Part shown: positions 47,473 through 57,244 of the stretch, in pieces
How positions within the stretch are numbered: position 1 is the first letter of the stretch
Layout: each line of letters begins with the position of its first letter
Assembly (NCBI GenBank): GCA_965199855.1
Contig: OZ241326.1
Span: forward strand, 704,001-768,000
Source: a bacterium
GTDB lineage: Bacteria; UBA8248
DNA: 64,000 bases
Direction of reading: 5' to 3'
The notes under the pieces: generated by a model
The model's input: the letters and a program-made list of their open reading frames with translations, nothing else
What the model was told of the DNA's origin: nothing
Databases searched by the model: none
Program-made: the position numbers and the translations under genes

Positions 47473-47639
47473 CCCCGCTCCTCCCTTTGAAAGGTTTTCG
47501 GCTCCCGTCCCGAAGCGGCGGCCGCCGGGGACGCCTCGTTCGGCGAGGCTGCCGGCCGCGCCGCTTTTCGGACGATGGACGCGCCAGTGTATAGAATCGC
47601 GCCCGCCGCGTAAAGAATCGCCGCGCGCGAGAGCGCGCG

Positions 47640-48390
47640 CGGATTTCATAGGGGCGACCCCTCCCCGGGGCCGCCCCACAATTCTGGGATGGTTGCCTAC
47701 GGGTGGTGATGGGGTGCAGGGGCGGTCCCTTGTGGCCGCCCGTTGCGCTGATCGCCCTTCGCGCGGGTTCCGCCCCCGACGCGCAGGGATTTTCGCGCGG
47801 CGGCGGGATACGAATGCAGCGAAGGACAACCACAGGGGGTTGTCCCTACGGAGGGGGCCAAATCGCCGTGATTCGCATCGTGGCCGCGAACGGGGCGCGA
47901 ATTCGCGCCCCCTACGGGCGGGGGGCAACGGTTTCGCAGGGGACGCATTCATGCGTCCCGCCCGTCGTTCGGCGGGGATGCGGGTTTCGTGTTTCCGTAG
48001 GGGCGGTTCGAGAACCGCCCGTTTTGACAGTGGGGGACGACAACTTGGCGATTGTCCGTTTGGTTGGTGGGGCGGGGCGTTCCCGAACGCCCCCTACGGG
48101 CGAAATGCGCGAAGGACAACCACGGGACGCGGGATTTCGCAGGGGCGGTTCGAGAACCGCCCGTTGCGATGATCGCCCGCCGATCGGGTTCCGCCCCCGA
48201 TATGCGGGGACAGGTCGCGACCTGTCCCTACGGGATTTTTGGGCCTTGGCGGGATGGAGACGCGGCGCGGACAACCACGGGGGGTTGTCCCTACGATCCG
48301 CATTACAACCCGGAACGGGGCGCGAATTCGCGCCCCCTACGGGCGGGGGGCAACGGTTTCGCAGGGGACGCATTCATGCGTCCCGCGCCT
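47640..48390. repeat. second mosaic of REP-like hairpins
   Basis: About 12 hairpins from at least six stem families; exact 74-bp direct repeat at 47888-47961 and 48313-48386. Confidence 0.88.
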
Positions 48391-48430
48391 TTTGGCGTTG
48401 AATGCGCGGCGGGGCGGCTATCGAGGCGCC

Positions 48431-50347
48431 CTAGCGCGCTTCCCGGAGATACACCACCGAGAGGGGGGGGAGCGTCAGCTCCATCGAGAAGGGCTGGCCG
48501 CTCCAGGGCGTCTCCTCCGCGCGGCGGGGGTCGGGATTCCCCATGCCGCCGCCGCCGTAGATTTCCGCGTCGCTGTTCAGCGTCTCGACCCATTCGCCGT
48601 CGGCGGGAACGCCCATGCGGTAGCCCGGGCGCGGCACGGGGGTGAGGTTCGCCGCCACGAGCAGCATGGGCTCGTCCTCCGTGGCGACGCGCGCGAAGCC
48701 CAGCACGCTCTCGGCGGCGGCGTCCGCGCTCACCCAGATGAAGCCGCGCGGGTCGTAGTCGCGGCGGAACAGGGCGCGCTCCCGGCGATAGAGGGCGTTC
48801 AGGTCGCGCACCCACCGCGTCAGCCCCGCCCGGAGCGGCTCCCCGGCGAGGCGCCAGTCGAGCGCGCCCTCGTGGCTCCACTCCCGCCACTGGCCGAACT
48901 CCCCGCCCATGAAGAGGAGCTTCTTGCCGGGCTGGGCGAACATCAGCCCGTAGAGGGCGCGGAGGTTCGCGAACCTGCGCCACTCGTCTCCCGGCATCCT
49001 GCCGAGCAGGGAGCCCTTCCCGTGCACCACCTCGTCGTGGGAGAGCGGGAGCACGAAATTCTCGTTGTAGGCGTACAGCATCCGGAAGGTGAGCAGGTTG
49101 TGGTGGTATTTGCGGTGAACGGGGTCCTTCTTCATGTATTCGAGCGAGTCGTGCATCCAGCCCATGTCCCACTTCATGCCGAAGCCCAGCCCTCCCGCGT
49201 CCACGGGCCGCGAGACCATCGGCCAGGCGGTGGACTCCTCCGCGATGGTCTGCGCGTCGGGGAAGCGGCGATAGACCTCCGCGTTCAGCCGCCTGAGAAA
49301 GGAGATGGCCTCCAGGTTCTCGCGGCCGCCCTCCCGGTTCGGGAGCCACTCGCCCTCCTTTCTCGAATAGTCGAGATAGAGCATCGAGGCCACGGCGTCC
49401 ACGCGCAGCCCGTCGACGTGGAAGCGATCCAGCCAGTAGAGGGCGCTGCTGATGAGGAAGGCGGAAACCTCGTTGCGCCCGTAGTTGAAGATGTGGCTCC
49501 GCCAGTCGGGGTGGAACCCGCGCCTCGGGTCGGCGTGCTCGTAGAGGTGGGTGCCGTCGAAGAAGCCCAGCCCGTGCCCGTCGGTGGGGAAATGCGAGGG
49601 CGCCCAGTCGAATATCACGCCCAGGCCGCGCTGGTGGAGATGGTCGACGAGATACATCAGGTCCTGCGGGCGGCCGTAGCGGCTCGTGGGAGCGAAGTAG
49701 CCCGTGGTCTGATAGCCCCAGGAGCCCTCGAAGGGATGCTCCATGAGCGGCAGGAACTCGACGTGGGTGAAGCCCATGTCGAGCATGTACCCGGCGAGCT
49801 CAGGAGCCAGCTCCCGATAGGTGAGCGGCCGGTTTCCCTCGTGAGCCGCCCTCCGCCAGGAGCCGGCGTGCATCTCGTAGATGGAGATGGGCGCCTCGCG
49901 GCCGTTGCACGCGCCGCGGCACTCCATCCAGTCCGCGTCCCCCCACTCGTAGTCGAGGCTCCAGACGACGGAGCCGCTCCTCGGGGGAACCTCGCAGTAG
50001 AACGCGAACGGATCGGCCTTCTCCGCGCGGTAGTCCGCGACCCGCGAGTGAACGTGATACTTATAGACCTCCCCCGTCCCCACGCCGGGGACGAACCCCG
50101 CCCATATTCCCGAGCTCTCCACCGGCGCCAGGGGGCAGGCGCCCTCCTTCCAGTCGTTGAAGTCTCCGATGACGCTCACGCTTCTCGCGTTGGGCGCCCA
50201 CACGGCGAAGTGGACGCCCGGCTCCCCCTCCGCCGTCATGGGGCGCGCGCCCATCTTCTCATACAGGGCGAAGTGGGAGCCCTGGTTGAACAGGTGGACG
50301 TCGTAGTCCGTGATGTGGGAAAGCGCGGGATAGTGAACGACGCTCAC
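48431..50347 (-). CDS. glgB: 1,4-alpha-glucan branching enzyme
   Basis: FAVWAPNA, SWGYQ, DGLRVDAVASMLY, AEESTAW, LSHDEVVHGKGSL; GTG at 50347 overlaps the glgX stop. Confidence 0.96.
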   Translation of the reverse strand: MSVVHYPALSHITDYDVHLFNQGSHFALYEKMGARPMTAEGEPGVHFAVWAPNARSVSVIGDFNDWKEGACPLAPVESSGIWAGFVPGVGTGEVYKYHVHSRVADYRAEKADPFAFYCEVPPRSGSVVWSLDYEWGDADWMECRGACNGREAPISIYEMHAGSWRRAAHEGNRPLTYRELAPELAGYMLDMGFTHVEFLPLMEHPFEGSWGYQTTGYFAPTSRYGRPQDLMYLVDHLHQRGLGVIFDWAPSHFPTDGHGLGFFDGTHLYEHADPRRGFHPDWRSHIFNYGRNEVSAFLISSALYWLDRFHVDGLRVDAVASMLYLDYSRKEGEWLPNREGGRENLEAISFLRRLNAEVYRRFPDAQTIAEESTAWPMVSRPVDAGGLGFGMKWDMGWMHDSLEYMKKDPVHRKYHHNLLTFRMLYAYNENFVLPLSHDEVVHGKGSLLGRMPGDEWRRFANLRALYGLMFAQPGKKLLFMGGEFGQWREWSHEGALDWRLAGEPLRAGLTRWVRDLNALYRRERALFRRDYDPRGFIWVSADAAAESVLGFARVATEDEPMLLVAANLTPVPRPGYRMGVPADGEWVETLNSDAEIYGGGGMGNPDPRRAEETPWSGQPFSMELTLPPLSVVYLREAR

Positions 50348-52485
50348 GGGCGCGCCTCCTCCCGCGCGGCGGGCGAAGCGTCGGCGCGCTCGAGGAGCGC
50401 CAGGGAGCCTCCCCCGAGAAGATAGGCGCCGTCCGGGCGCAGCCGCTCCCGCAGGGCCTCCTCGTCGCCGTCGTCGAAGGCGTCGATCAGCACGCGCCAC
50501 TCCCTCGCCCTGTCCTCCGCGAGGAAGAAGAAGGGCGCCGCCTCATGGTGAGCGTTCATCAGGACCATCAGCGTATCACGGTTCGCGCCGCGCCGGGCGG
50601 AGGCGCCCTCCTCCCGCGGCGCCCGCAGCCGGAAGCCGAAGCGCTTCACGCGGGGATCCTCCCAGTCGCGCGCCTCCAGCTCGCGGCCCGAGTCGTGGAG
50701 CCAGACGATCTCGGCGTCCTCCGGGTCCTCGCCTCCTCTCGGCGGGAAGAAGCGCGCGCGGCGAAACGCGGGCCGCGCCCGCAGGCGAATGAGCCGCCGG
50801 ACGAAGGCGCGCAGATTCGCGCCGCTCTCCGCCGGCGTCCAGTCCGCCCAGGAGAGGCCGTTGTCCTGGCAGTAGGCGTTGTTGTTTCCGCCCTGGGAGC
50901 GGCCGAACTCGTCGCCCGCCTGGAGCATCGGGACGCCCTGGGCGAGGAACAGGCTCGCCAGCAGGCTTCTCTTCCGCCGCGCGCGCCGCGCCAGGACGCA
51001 GGCCGCGTCCGTCGCCCCCTCCGCCCCGCCGTTCGAGCTGTAGTTCTCGTCCGCGCCGTCCCGGTTGCCCTCCAGGTTCCCCTCGTTTCGCTTCTCGCGG
51101 AAGCTCACCAGGTCCTCGAGGGTGAACCCGTCGTGGCAGGCGATGAAGTTGACGCCCGCCCGGGGGGAGCGTCCGCGGGCCTCGAAGACGTCGCTGCTCC
51201 CCGCCAGGCGCGTGGCGAAATCCGCCGCCCCCCTCTCGTCCCCCCGCCAGAAGCGGCGCGCCGCGTCGCGGAACCTGTCGTTCCATTCCGCCCAGCCGGC
51301 GGGAAAGTTTCCGAGTTGATAGCCTCCCTCGCCCAGATCCCACGGCTCCGCGATGAGCTTGAGGTTCGAGAGGAGAGGATCCGCGGCGACGGCCCGAAAA
51401 AACGGGGCGTTCGGGTCGAAGCCTCCCGCGCCCCGCCCGAGGGAGGGGGCGAGGTCGAACCGGAAGCCGTCCACGCGAAACTCCTCCGCCCAGTAGCGCA
51501 GGCTGTCGAGGATCAGGCGCAGGACCATCGGGTGGGCCGCGTTCAGCGCGTTTCCGCAGCCGGTGGCGTCGGCGTAGCGGCGCATGTCCCCGGGGTCCGC
51601 GCGGTAGTAGGAGCGGTTGTCGATGCCCCGGAACGAAAGGTGCGGCCCCCTGAAGTCACCCTCCCCGGCGTGTCCATAGACCACGTCCAGAATCACCTCG
51701 ACGCCCGCCCGGTGAAGCGCCCGCACCATCTCCTTGAACTCGGCGATCTGCCCGCCCCGGTCGCCGCGGCTGGAGAACCGCGCGTCCGGGGCGAAGAAGC
51801 CTATCGACCCGTAGCCCCAGTAGTTGGAAAGCCCCAGCTCGTGGAGACGATGCTCGGAGACGCGGTGATGGACGGGCAGGAGCTCCACGGCCGTTACGCC
51901 CAAATCCTTGAGGTATTCGACCACGGCCGGACGCGCCAGGCCCGAATACGTCCCCCGCAGACGCTCCGGCGCGCCCGGATGCCGCATGGTGAAGCCCTTG
52001 ACGTGCAGCTCGTAGAGGATGGTCTCCTCCCAGGGCGTCCGCGGCCGGACGTCTCCCTCCCAGTCGAAGGAAGTCTCGGCGAGCACGCTTCGGGGAGTCG
52101 CGTGGGCGTTGTCGCGCTCGTCCATGCGGCGGAGGTCGCCGGGGGGGGCGTGGGCGTACATCTCCGCGCCCCAGCGCGCCTCGCCCGCAATCGCCTTCGC
52201 GTAGGGGTCGAGCAGCACCTTGTGCGGGTTGAAGCGATGCCCCTCCTCGGGGGCGTAGGGGCCGTGGACGCGAAACCCGTAGAGCGCGCCGGCTTCGAGG
52301 CCCTCCGCCTCGGCGCGCCAGACGCCGCCCTCGCCCCTGGCGAGCGGAATCCGCGCCGTCTCCCTGGCGGGCGCCTCGGGGTCGAACAGGCAGAGCTCGA
52401 TCGCCTCGGCGTGCTCCGAGAAAAGCGCGAACCGCGCCCCCCCCTCCCGCAGTTCGGCGCCCAGGCGATCCTCCGGCCGGCTCAT
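50344..52485 (-). CDS. glgX: glycogen debranching enzyme
   Basis: LLDPYAK, YELHVKGFT, NYWGY, DGFRFDLA, IAEPWD, HDGFTL, GNNNAYCQDN. Confidence 0.96.
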   Translation of the reverse strand: MSRPEDRLGAELREGGARFALFSEHAEAIELCLFDPEAPARETARIPLARGEGGVWRAEAEGLEAGALYGFRVHGPYAPEEGHRFNPHKVLLDPYAKAIAGEARWGAEMYAHAPPGDLRRMDERDNAHATPRSVLAETSFDWEGDVRPRTPWEETILYELHVKGFTMRHPGAPERLRGTYSGLARPAVVEYLKDLGVTAVELLPVHHRVSEHRLHELGLSNYWGYGSIGFFAPDARFSSRGDRGGQIAEFKEMVRALHRAGVEVILDVVYGHAGEGDFRGPHLSFRGIDNRSYYRADPGDMRRYADATGCGNALNAAHPMVLRLILDSLRYWAEEFRVDGFRFDLAPSLGRGAGGFDPNAPFFRAVAADPLLSNLKLIAEPWDLGEGGYQLGNFPAGWAEWNDRFRDAARRFWRGDERGAADFATRLAGSSDVFEARGRSPRAGVNFIACHDGFTLEDLVSFREKRNEGNLEGNRDGADENYSSNGGAEGATDAACVLARRARRKRSLLASLFLAQGVPMLQAGDEFGRSQGGNNNAYCQDNGLSWADWTPAESGANLRAFVRRLIRLRARPAFRRARFFPPRGGEDPEDAEIVWLHDSGRELEARDWEDPRVKRFGFRLRAPREEGASARRGANRDTLMVLMNAHHEAAPFFFLAEDRAREWRVLIDAFDDGDEEALRERLRPDGAYLLGGGSLALLERADASPAAREEARP

Positions 52486-52639
52486 CTTTCTCCCGCTTCC
52501 ATCGGCGAGGCCGCCCCCGCCCGTTCAAAAGGCGCATTCTCTCCCCCCGGCGCCGGGAGGAGATTTTCCGGAAAGCGATGATGCGTTCAACGCGCGCGAA
52601 GGACGCCGCCATCTTCCGGCGCGCCTTCCCGCCGGCTCC

Positions 52640-53074
52640 CTAGAGGCCCAGAAGCCACTTGCCCGCGCATATCAGGACGGCGAGGCCCAGAAACGTGAGG
52701 AACATCATGGTCATCGGGTCTCGCACCCTGACGTTCCGCCGGATTTTGGCCGAGTTCCTGACGAGCTCCCCTCTCGCGTCCATCGCCAGCGCCGCCAGCT
52801 TCTGGACGCCCGTCATCTCCGCGTCCCCGTAGCGCCTCCGCAGCTCCCCGCTCAGGAGATAATACGCGAGCCATCCTCCGGCCAGCGCCAGAACGAGCGT
52901 CATCAGCGACGCCGTCCACTCGCCCCAGCCGACGTTCGGGCAGTCTCCCATGAGCAGGCACCGGCCGCTCCCCGAAACCACCAGCCAGACGGCGAGCAGC
53001 GGGAGAACGATGAGTCCGAAGGTCAGAAACAGGCCGACGAGAACCAGGCCGACGAGAATCATCCAGTAGAGCAC
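52640..53074 (-). CDS. hypothetical membrane protein (3-4 TM)
   Basis: GAGGAGG upstream of GTG; strongly hydrophobic segments. Confidence 0.7.
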   Translation of the reverse strand: MLYWMILVGLVLVGLFLTFGLIVLPLLAVWLVVSGSGRCLLMGDCPNVGWGEWTASLMTLVLALAGGWLAYYLLSGELRRRYGDAEMTGVQKLAALAMDARGELVRNSAKIRRNVRVRDPMTMMFLTFLGLAVLICAGKWLLGL

Positions 53075-53429
53075 CGCCCCGCCTCCTCGCGGCGAACGCG
53101 CCGAATCGCCCGCGCCGGGAGAAATTTCTATATCCTCTCATCGCCGCCGGCAAGCGAGGCCCGCGCCGCTCCCCTCATGCGGCGTTCGCGCAACGCATAC
53201 CACACGCGCGCCCCGTTGTCGCTTCTGCAAGGGCTTGGCGGCGGAGATCGACGCTTTGCGCTATCGGAACCGCGGCCTTCGGGATCTGGGGCTCCGGAAG
53301 AACTGCGACCTCCCCAGGCCGAGGGTGGAATTCAAGGAGAAGAAATAGCGAGGAGACGCGCGGCCGTCAGGAGGAAGCCGGGCGGCGCGAGGGAGGAACT
53401 GGCGGGGGGGGTGATTCTTCCACGGCCGC

Positions 53430-54074
53430 TCATGGATTCCGGAGCGGGATGATTTCAGCCACCGCGCGCTCTCCGCCTTCATTCTCCCGGAAAGCCCATT
53501 GCAGCGGGCGCGGCGCCTCGCCTATGATTTCACCCTGCAGGCTTCTCAGATCGACGACCGCGCCGAATCTGATGAACACGTCAAAGAACGCTTCCTGCCT
53601 CGCGCCCCAATAAACCATCGCGCAGGCCATCGGCGCGCCCTTGCCGTCGGAACTGCCGTTTTCAAGGAACTTGAGGCGGGTGTCATACAGAAAGCACACC
53701 GCGGCGGCTTCTCCCCAAACGTGCTTTTTCCAATGCCCGGTATTCACCGCCACCGGAACCAGAGCCAATACCTCCGCGTCATAGCGCCTGAACGCATGGG
53801 CGCATTTGCCCAGCCAGTCCTTGATAGTAGTCCCGCGCGCGCGATCCGCGCCATAGGGGGGATTGACGTAGATGGCTTCAAAATCCCATTCTCTGGCCAG
53901 GCCGTCAATTTCCGGCAAGGCCCATTCCGTATCGGCCTTCACGACGGACCATTGGTTCGAGCACGGATCGAGCGCGATGGATCCGCGAAACATCTCCTTC
54001 ACCGCCTTCACGTATTTGGGCGGAGTGCACCAGTGGACGCTTTGCGACGCCGCGTTGTTTCGACCCGCCGTCAC
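53430..54074 (-). CDS. DNA N6-adenine methyltransferase (phage Dam-like family)
   Basis: GTG after GGAGA; WCTP, IALDPCS, YVNPPYG. Confidence 0.88.
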   Translation of the reverse strand: MTAGRNNAASQSVHWCTPPKYVKAVKEMFRGSIALDPCSNQWSVVKADTEWALPEIDGLAREWDFEAIYVNPPYGADRARGTTIKDWLGKCAHAFRRYDAEVLALVPVAVNTGHWKKHVWGEAAAVCFLYDTRLKFLENGSSDGKGAPMACAMVYWGARQEAFFDVFIRFGAVVDLRSLQGEIIGEAPRPLQWAFRENEGGERAVAEIIPLRNP

Positions 54075-54227
54075 GACAGAATCTCCCGCCAGTCCTTGTC
54101 GGCAAGAATGTCCAGATCCCTCTTCAGCGCGCGAATCAACAACATCCGGGACTGACAAAACATCGCTTCCGATTCCTGGTTGCATGGTCCTTGCGCGAAC
54201 CTAGACACGACCTCCCTAGCGATGAAT

Positions 54228-55046
54228 TCAAACAGGTTGTTGCAATGAATGATTCTTCTTCGCCAGGAAAGAAGAGACCGCGCCGGCGACGCTGACCAAC
54301 AATTCCGCCTCAACCGTATCCGCCGTTTTCCCTTCCTCGCCGTGCCGAGCGCGCTGGGAAGCGAAACCCCATAGTTTTTCGACAGTAGCGTCGAGAGGCT
54401 TGGGAAGGTCGAGTTTTCCGACAAGTTGACCGAGCGTGGGATTGGATTGCCCGGTTACACCTCGGGCTGTCGCTTCAAGAGCCGCCATCGCATGTTGAAC
54501 TGCGCCCGTTGGATCCGATTCGGGACGACGCGAGATATCTTTGAGCGCCTCGCGCATTTCATTCGCGGCTGTTGGACGATTCGTTTCTTCCAAGACCTTG
54601 ACAGCTCCAGCTGTGGTTTCAGGAAAAACTTCCGAACCCCTGAATACGATTCGGCCATCCCGCATTTCCCACCCGATTCCTTTCTCACGGAAAAACCTAT
54701 TGAGGCGATCGGCGAATTTTTCTGCTTGGTCCCTGTTGTGCCAAGAGCCATAAGATGAGTCATAAAATTTTTCAGCGATATCATACACTCTGAACCACTC
54801 GCAGCTCTCTATAAGGCAATTCACCTCGTCCCAAACGTTAGGATAAGCGGACCAGTTGTTTGACCGATCAGGTTGTTTCAGGAGAACTCCACACACAATG
54901 TCACGCATCTGCTCGGGACCCATACCCATATTTCGCACTATCATCAGAATGGCATGGCGCAACTCCTTGGGAGCATCTTCCCGAACGGTAATTTCAGCGT
55001 CAGGCGCTTGATGCCCATGCCGCTCCGAGAATGTTTCTTCAGACAT
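54228..55046 (-). CDS. AbiJ N-terminal domain 4-like protein, putative anti-phage
   Basis: FSERHG..EITVREDAP, NWSAYPN, CEWFRVYDIAE, GIGW; C-terminal A..ALE...KLWGFAS..ARHG. AT-rich codon use. Confidence 0.72.
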   Translation of the reverse strand: MSEETFSERHGHQAPDAEITVREDAPKELRHAILMIVRNMGMGPEQMRDIVCGVLLKQPDRSNNWSAYPNVWDEVNCLIESCEWFRVYDIAEKFYDSSYGSWHNRDQAEKFADRLNRFFREKGIGWEMRDGRIVFRGSEVFPETTAGAVKVLEETNRPTAANEMREALKDISRRPESDPTGAVQHAMAALEATARGVTGQSNPTLGQLVGKLDLPKPLDATVEKLWGFASQRARHGEEGKTADTVEAELLVSVAGAVSSFLAKKNHSLQQPV

Positions 55047-55081
55047 GATAGTCTCCGCCGTTAACGATATGTTCGGCGCCC

Positions 55082-56086
55082 CTACGCGAACTCCGGCATG
55101 ACCTCCCGGGCGAAGCGCTCGAGCGTCCGCAGGACGAGCGCCTGCGGCATCCCGGGCCACTGGACGCGGAACGCCATGTGATCGACGCCCAGCTCGTCCC
55201 GGTGGCGGCGGACGTCCTCCGCCACGTCCTCCGCCGAGCCGATGAGGAACCTGTCCGAGCGCAGCTCGTCGAGCGGCATCCGCAGCGTGTCGCTCCGGGG
55301 CAGCGCCTCGCTCTGGCCCCACTTCACGTAGGCGTCGTATTTCACCGCCAGATAGGGGGCGCACTCCCGGAAGGCGCTCTCCCTGTCCGCGCCGATGAAC
55401 ATCTCCTTGATGACGGGCGTCGCCCCGGGCGCGCCCCGGCCCGCCGCCTCCCGCTCGGCGCGGAACATCTCCATCTGTCGCTTGAGGGTGTCGAAGCGCG
55501 CGTGGGGGTTCAGGAACCACGCCTCGCCCATCCGCGCCGCGCGCCGCACCGCGCCGTCTCCGTTCGCCGCTATCCAGATGGGCGGCCTGGGCTTCTGGAC
55601 GGGCCGCAGGCTGAGCCGGACGTCCTCCAGGCGGACGACCTCGCCCTCGTAATCGACCCGCTCCCCCTCGAGCAGGCGGGCGAGCGCCTCCAGCTTCTCC
55701 TCGAACGCCTTGACGCGGTACGGCTTGCCTAGGCCGAAGGCGCGGTATTCGGGCTCGCGGTAGCCCAGCCCCACCCCGAGCACGAAGCGCCCCCGCGTCA
55801 TGGCGTCCAGGGTGGCGGCCTGCTCGGCCGCGTCCACCGGATTCTGCAGGGCGAGGAGGAGGATGCCCGCCCCCACCGTCATCTCGCCCGCGTGCGCCGC
55901 CACCTGGGCGAGGCTCGGCCAGGTCTGCATCATCCACACGTCCTCGGTGAGGTAGTGCTGGCCGCACCACACGCTGTGAAAGCCCAGGTCCCGTATGAGG
56001 CGCACCTGCTCCAGGTGCTCCTCCCAGCGCGCCGCGGGGTCGTCCCCCAGGGCGTGCTGGTTCATCACGAACATGCCGAATTTCAT
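55082..56086 (-). CDS. LLM class flavin/F420-dependent oxidoreductase
   Basis: GFHSVWCGQH, AEQAATLD, GRFVLGVGLGYR, PVQKPRPPIW. Confidence 0.93.
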   Translation of the reverse strand: MKFGMFVMNQHALGDDPAARWEEHLEQVRLIRDLGFHSVWCGQHYLTEDVWMMQTWPSLAQVAAHAGEMTVGAGILLLALQNPVDAAEQAATLDAMTRGRFVLGVGLGYREPEYRAFGLGKPYRVKAFEEKLEALARLLEGERVDYEGEVVRLEDVRLSLRPVQKPRPPIWIAANGDGAVRRAARMGEAWFLNPHARFDTLKRQMEMFRAEREAAGRGAPGATPVIKEMFIGADRESAFRECAPYLAVKYDAYVKWGQSEALPRSDTLRMPLDELRSDRFLIGSAEDVAEDVRRHRDELGVDHMAFRVQWPGMPQALVLRTLERFAREVMPEFA

Positions 56087-56151
56087 GTCATCCCCCGCTT
56101 TCGGTTCGCGCGTTCATCCCCGGCGCGGCGCGCCGCCTCCCCGCCGCGCCC

Positions 56152-57057
56152 TCAATCCCTCGTTCCGAAGTCCTCCGCCAGGGCGATGACCTTCTCCGCC
56201 GCCTCGACGACGGGATAGTCGATCATCCGCCCGCCCACGGAGACGCTCGCCTCCCCGCGCGCCTTCGCCTCCTCGAAGGCGGCGGCCACCTCGCGCGCCT
56301 TCTCGACCTCCTCGCCCGTCGGCGTGAAGGCGCGGTTCACGACTTCCACCTGGCGGGGATGGATGCAGAACTTGCCGAACATTCCCAGCGCGCGGCACCG
56401 CGCCGCGCTTGCGGCCAATCCCTCGGAATCGTCCAGGGCTATCCACACCGTGTCGAGCGGCTTCTCGAGACCCGCCGCGCGCGAGGCCAGGGCGACGCGC
56501 GAGCGCGGATAGTCGAAGGCGAACTCGTCGCGCGGCCATTCGACGCCGAGGTCGTTCGTGTAGTCTCCCGCCCCGAACGCGAGGCTGAAGCGGCGATCGC
56601 CCGCGTCGGCGGAGGCGACGGCGCGCGCCGCCTCCACCCCCTTCGCGCTCTCGATGATGGCGAGCAGATGGACGCTCCCCGGCGCGAGGCCCGCCCTTCG
56701 CTCCGCGCCGCGCAGCAGGCGGTCGGCCGCGAGTATCTGATCCGCGCGCTCCGCCTTGGGCAGGACGACGCCGCACAGGGCGGGCCGCACCACGGCGTCG
56801 ATGTCCTCCGCGCCGCAGGCGACGGAGAAGCCCGTCGCGTCCTCCAGCGGGTTCACGCGCGCGAAGACGCTCGCCCCGTCCTCCTCCGCGATTTTCTCGA
56901 TCGCCGCGCCCAGGGCGGCGCGCGCGGCCTCCTTCTCCGCCGCCGGCACGGCGTCCTCCAGATCGAGCACGACGGCGTCCGCCCCCGCCTTGCCCACCTT
57001 CGCGAGCATCCGCTCCCTGTTTCCGGGGGCGAAAAGAACGGTTCGATAGAGCTTCAT
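56152..57057 (-). CDS. CitE/HpcH family CoA-ester lyase
   Basis: LFAPG, LDLEDAV, LPK, IESA.G, GK.CIHPRQV, MID.P. Confidence 0.93.
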   Translation of the reverse strand: MKLYRTVLFAPGNRERMLAKVGKAGADAVVLDLEDAVPAAEKEAARAALGAAIEKIAEEDGASVFARVNPLEDATGFSVACGAEDIDAVVRPALCGVVLPKAERADQILAADRLLRGAERRAGLAPGSVHLLAIIESAKGVEAARAVASADAGDRRFSLAFGAGDYTNDLGVEWPRDEFAFDYPRSRVALASRAAGLEKPLDTVWIALDDSEGLAASAARCRALGMFGKFCIHPRQVEVVNRAFTPTGEEVEKAREVAAAFEEAKARGEASVSVGGRMIDYPVVEAAEKVIALAEDFGTRD

Positions 57058-57244
57058 GGAGAGGTTCTCCTTCTCTCGCTTTCGGGGTCACGTGGTTTTA
57101 CTCCCGATGGCCGCCCTTGCCAAGCGCGGAAGCCGCGCGGACGCGGCGGATTCCGGGAGCGACAGCCCCGCCGCGCTTCGGCCCCTTCGCCGTCTGGCGT
57201 ATAATCGACCGACGCCCGACCACGCCCATTGACGGAGCGCGCCC

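Noticed and set aside
45575-48390. CRISPR array
   Set aside because: The repeats are heterogeneous and in both orientations, spacers recur, and no cas genes are present; it fits REP-like mosaics better.
48431-52485. glgX-glgB separated from malQ, and a short GlgB N-terminus
   Set aside because: Both are common arrangements and not notable.
53080-53430. Short ORFs between the membrane protein and the methyltransferase
   Set aside because: No recognisable motifs or convincing starts.
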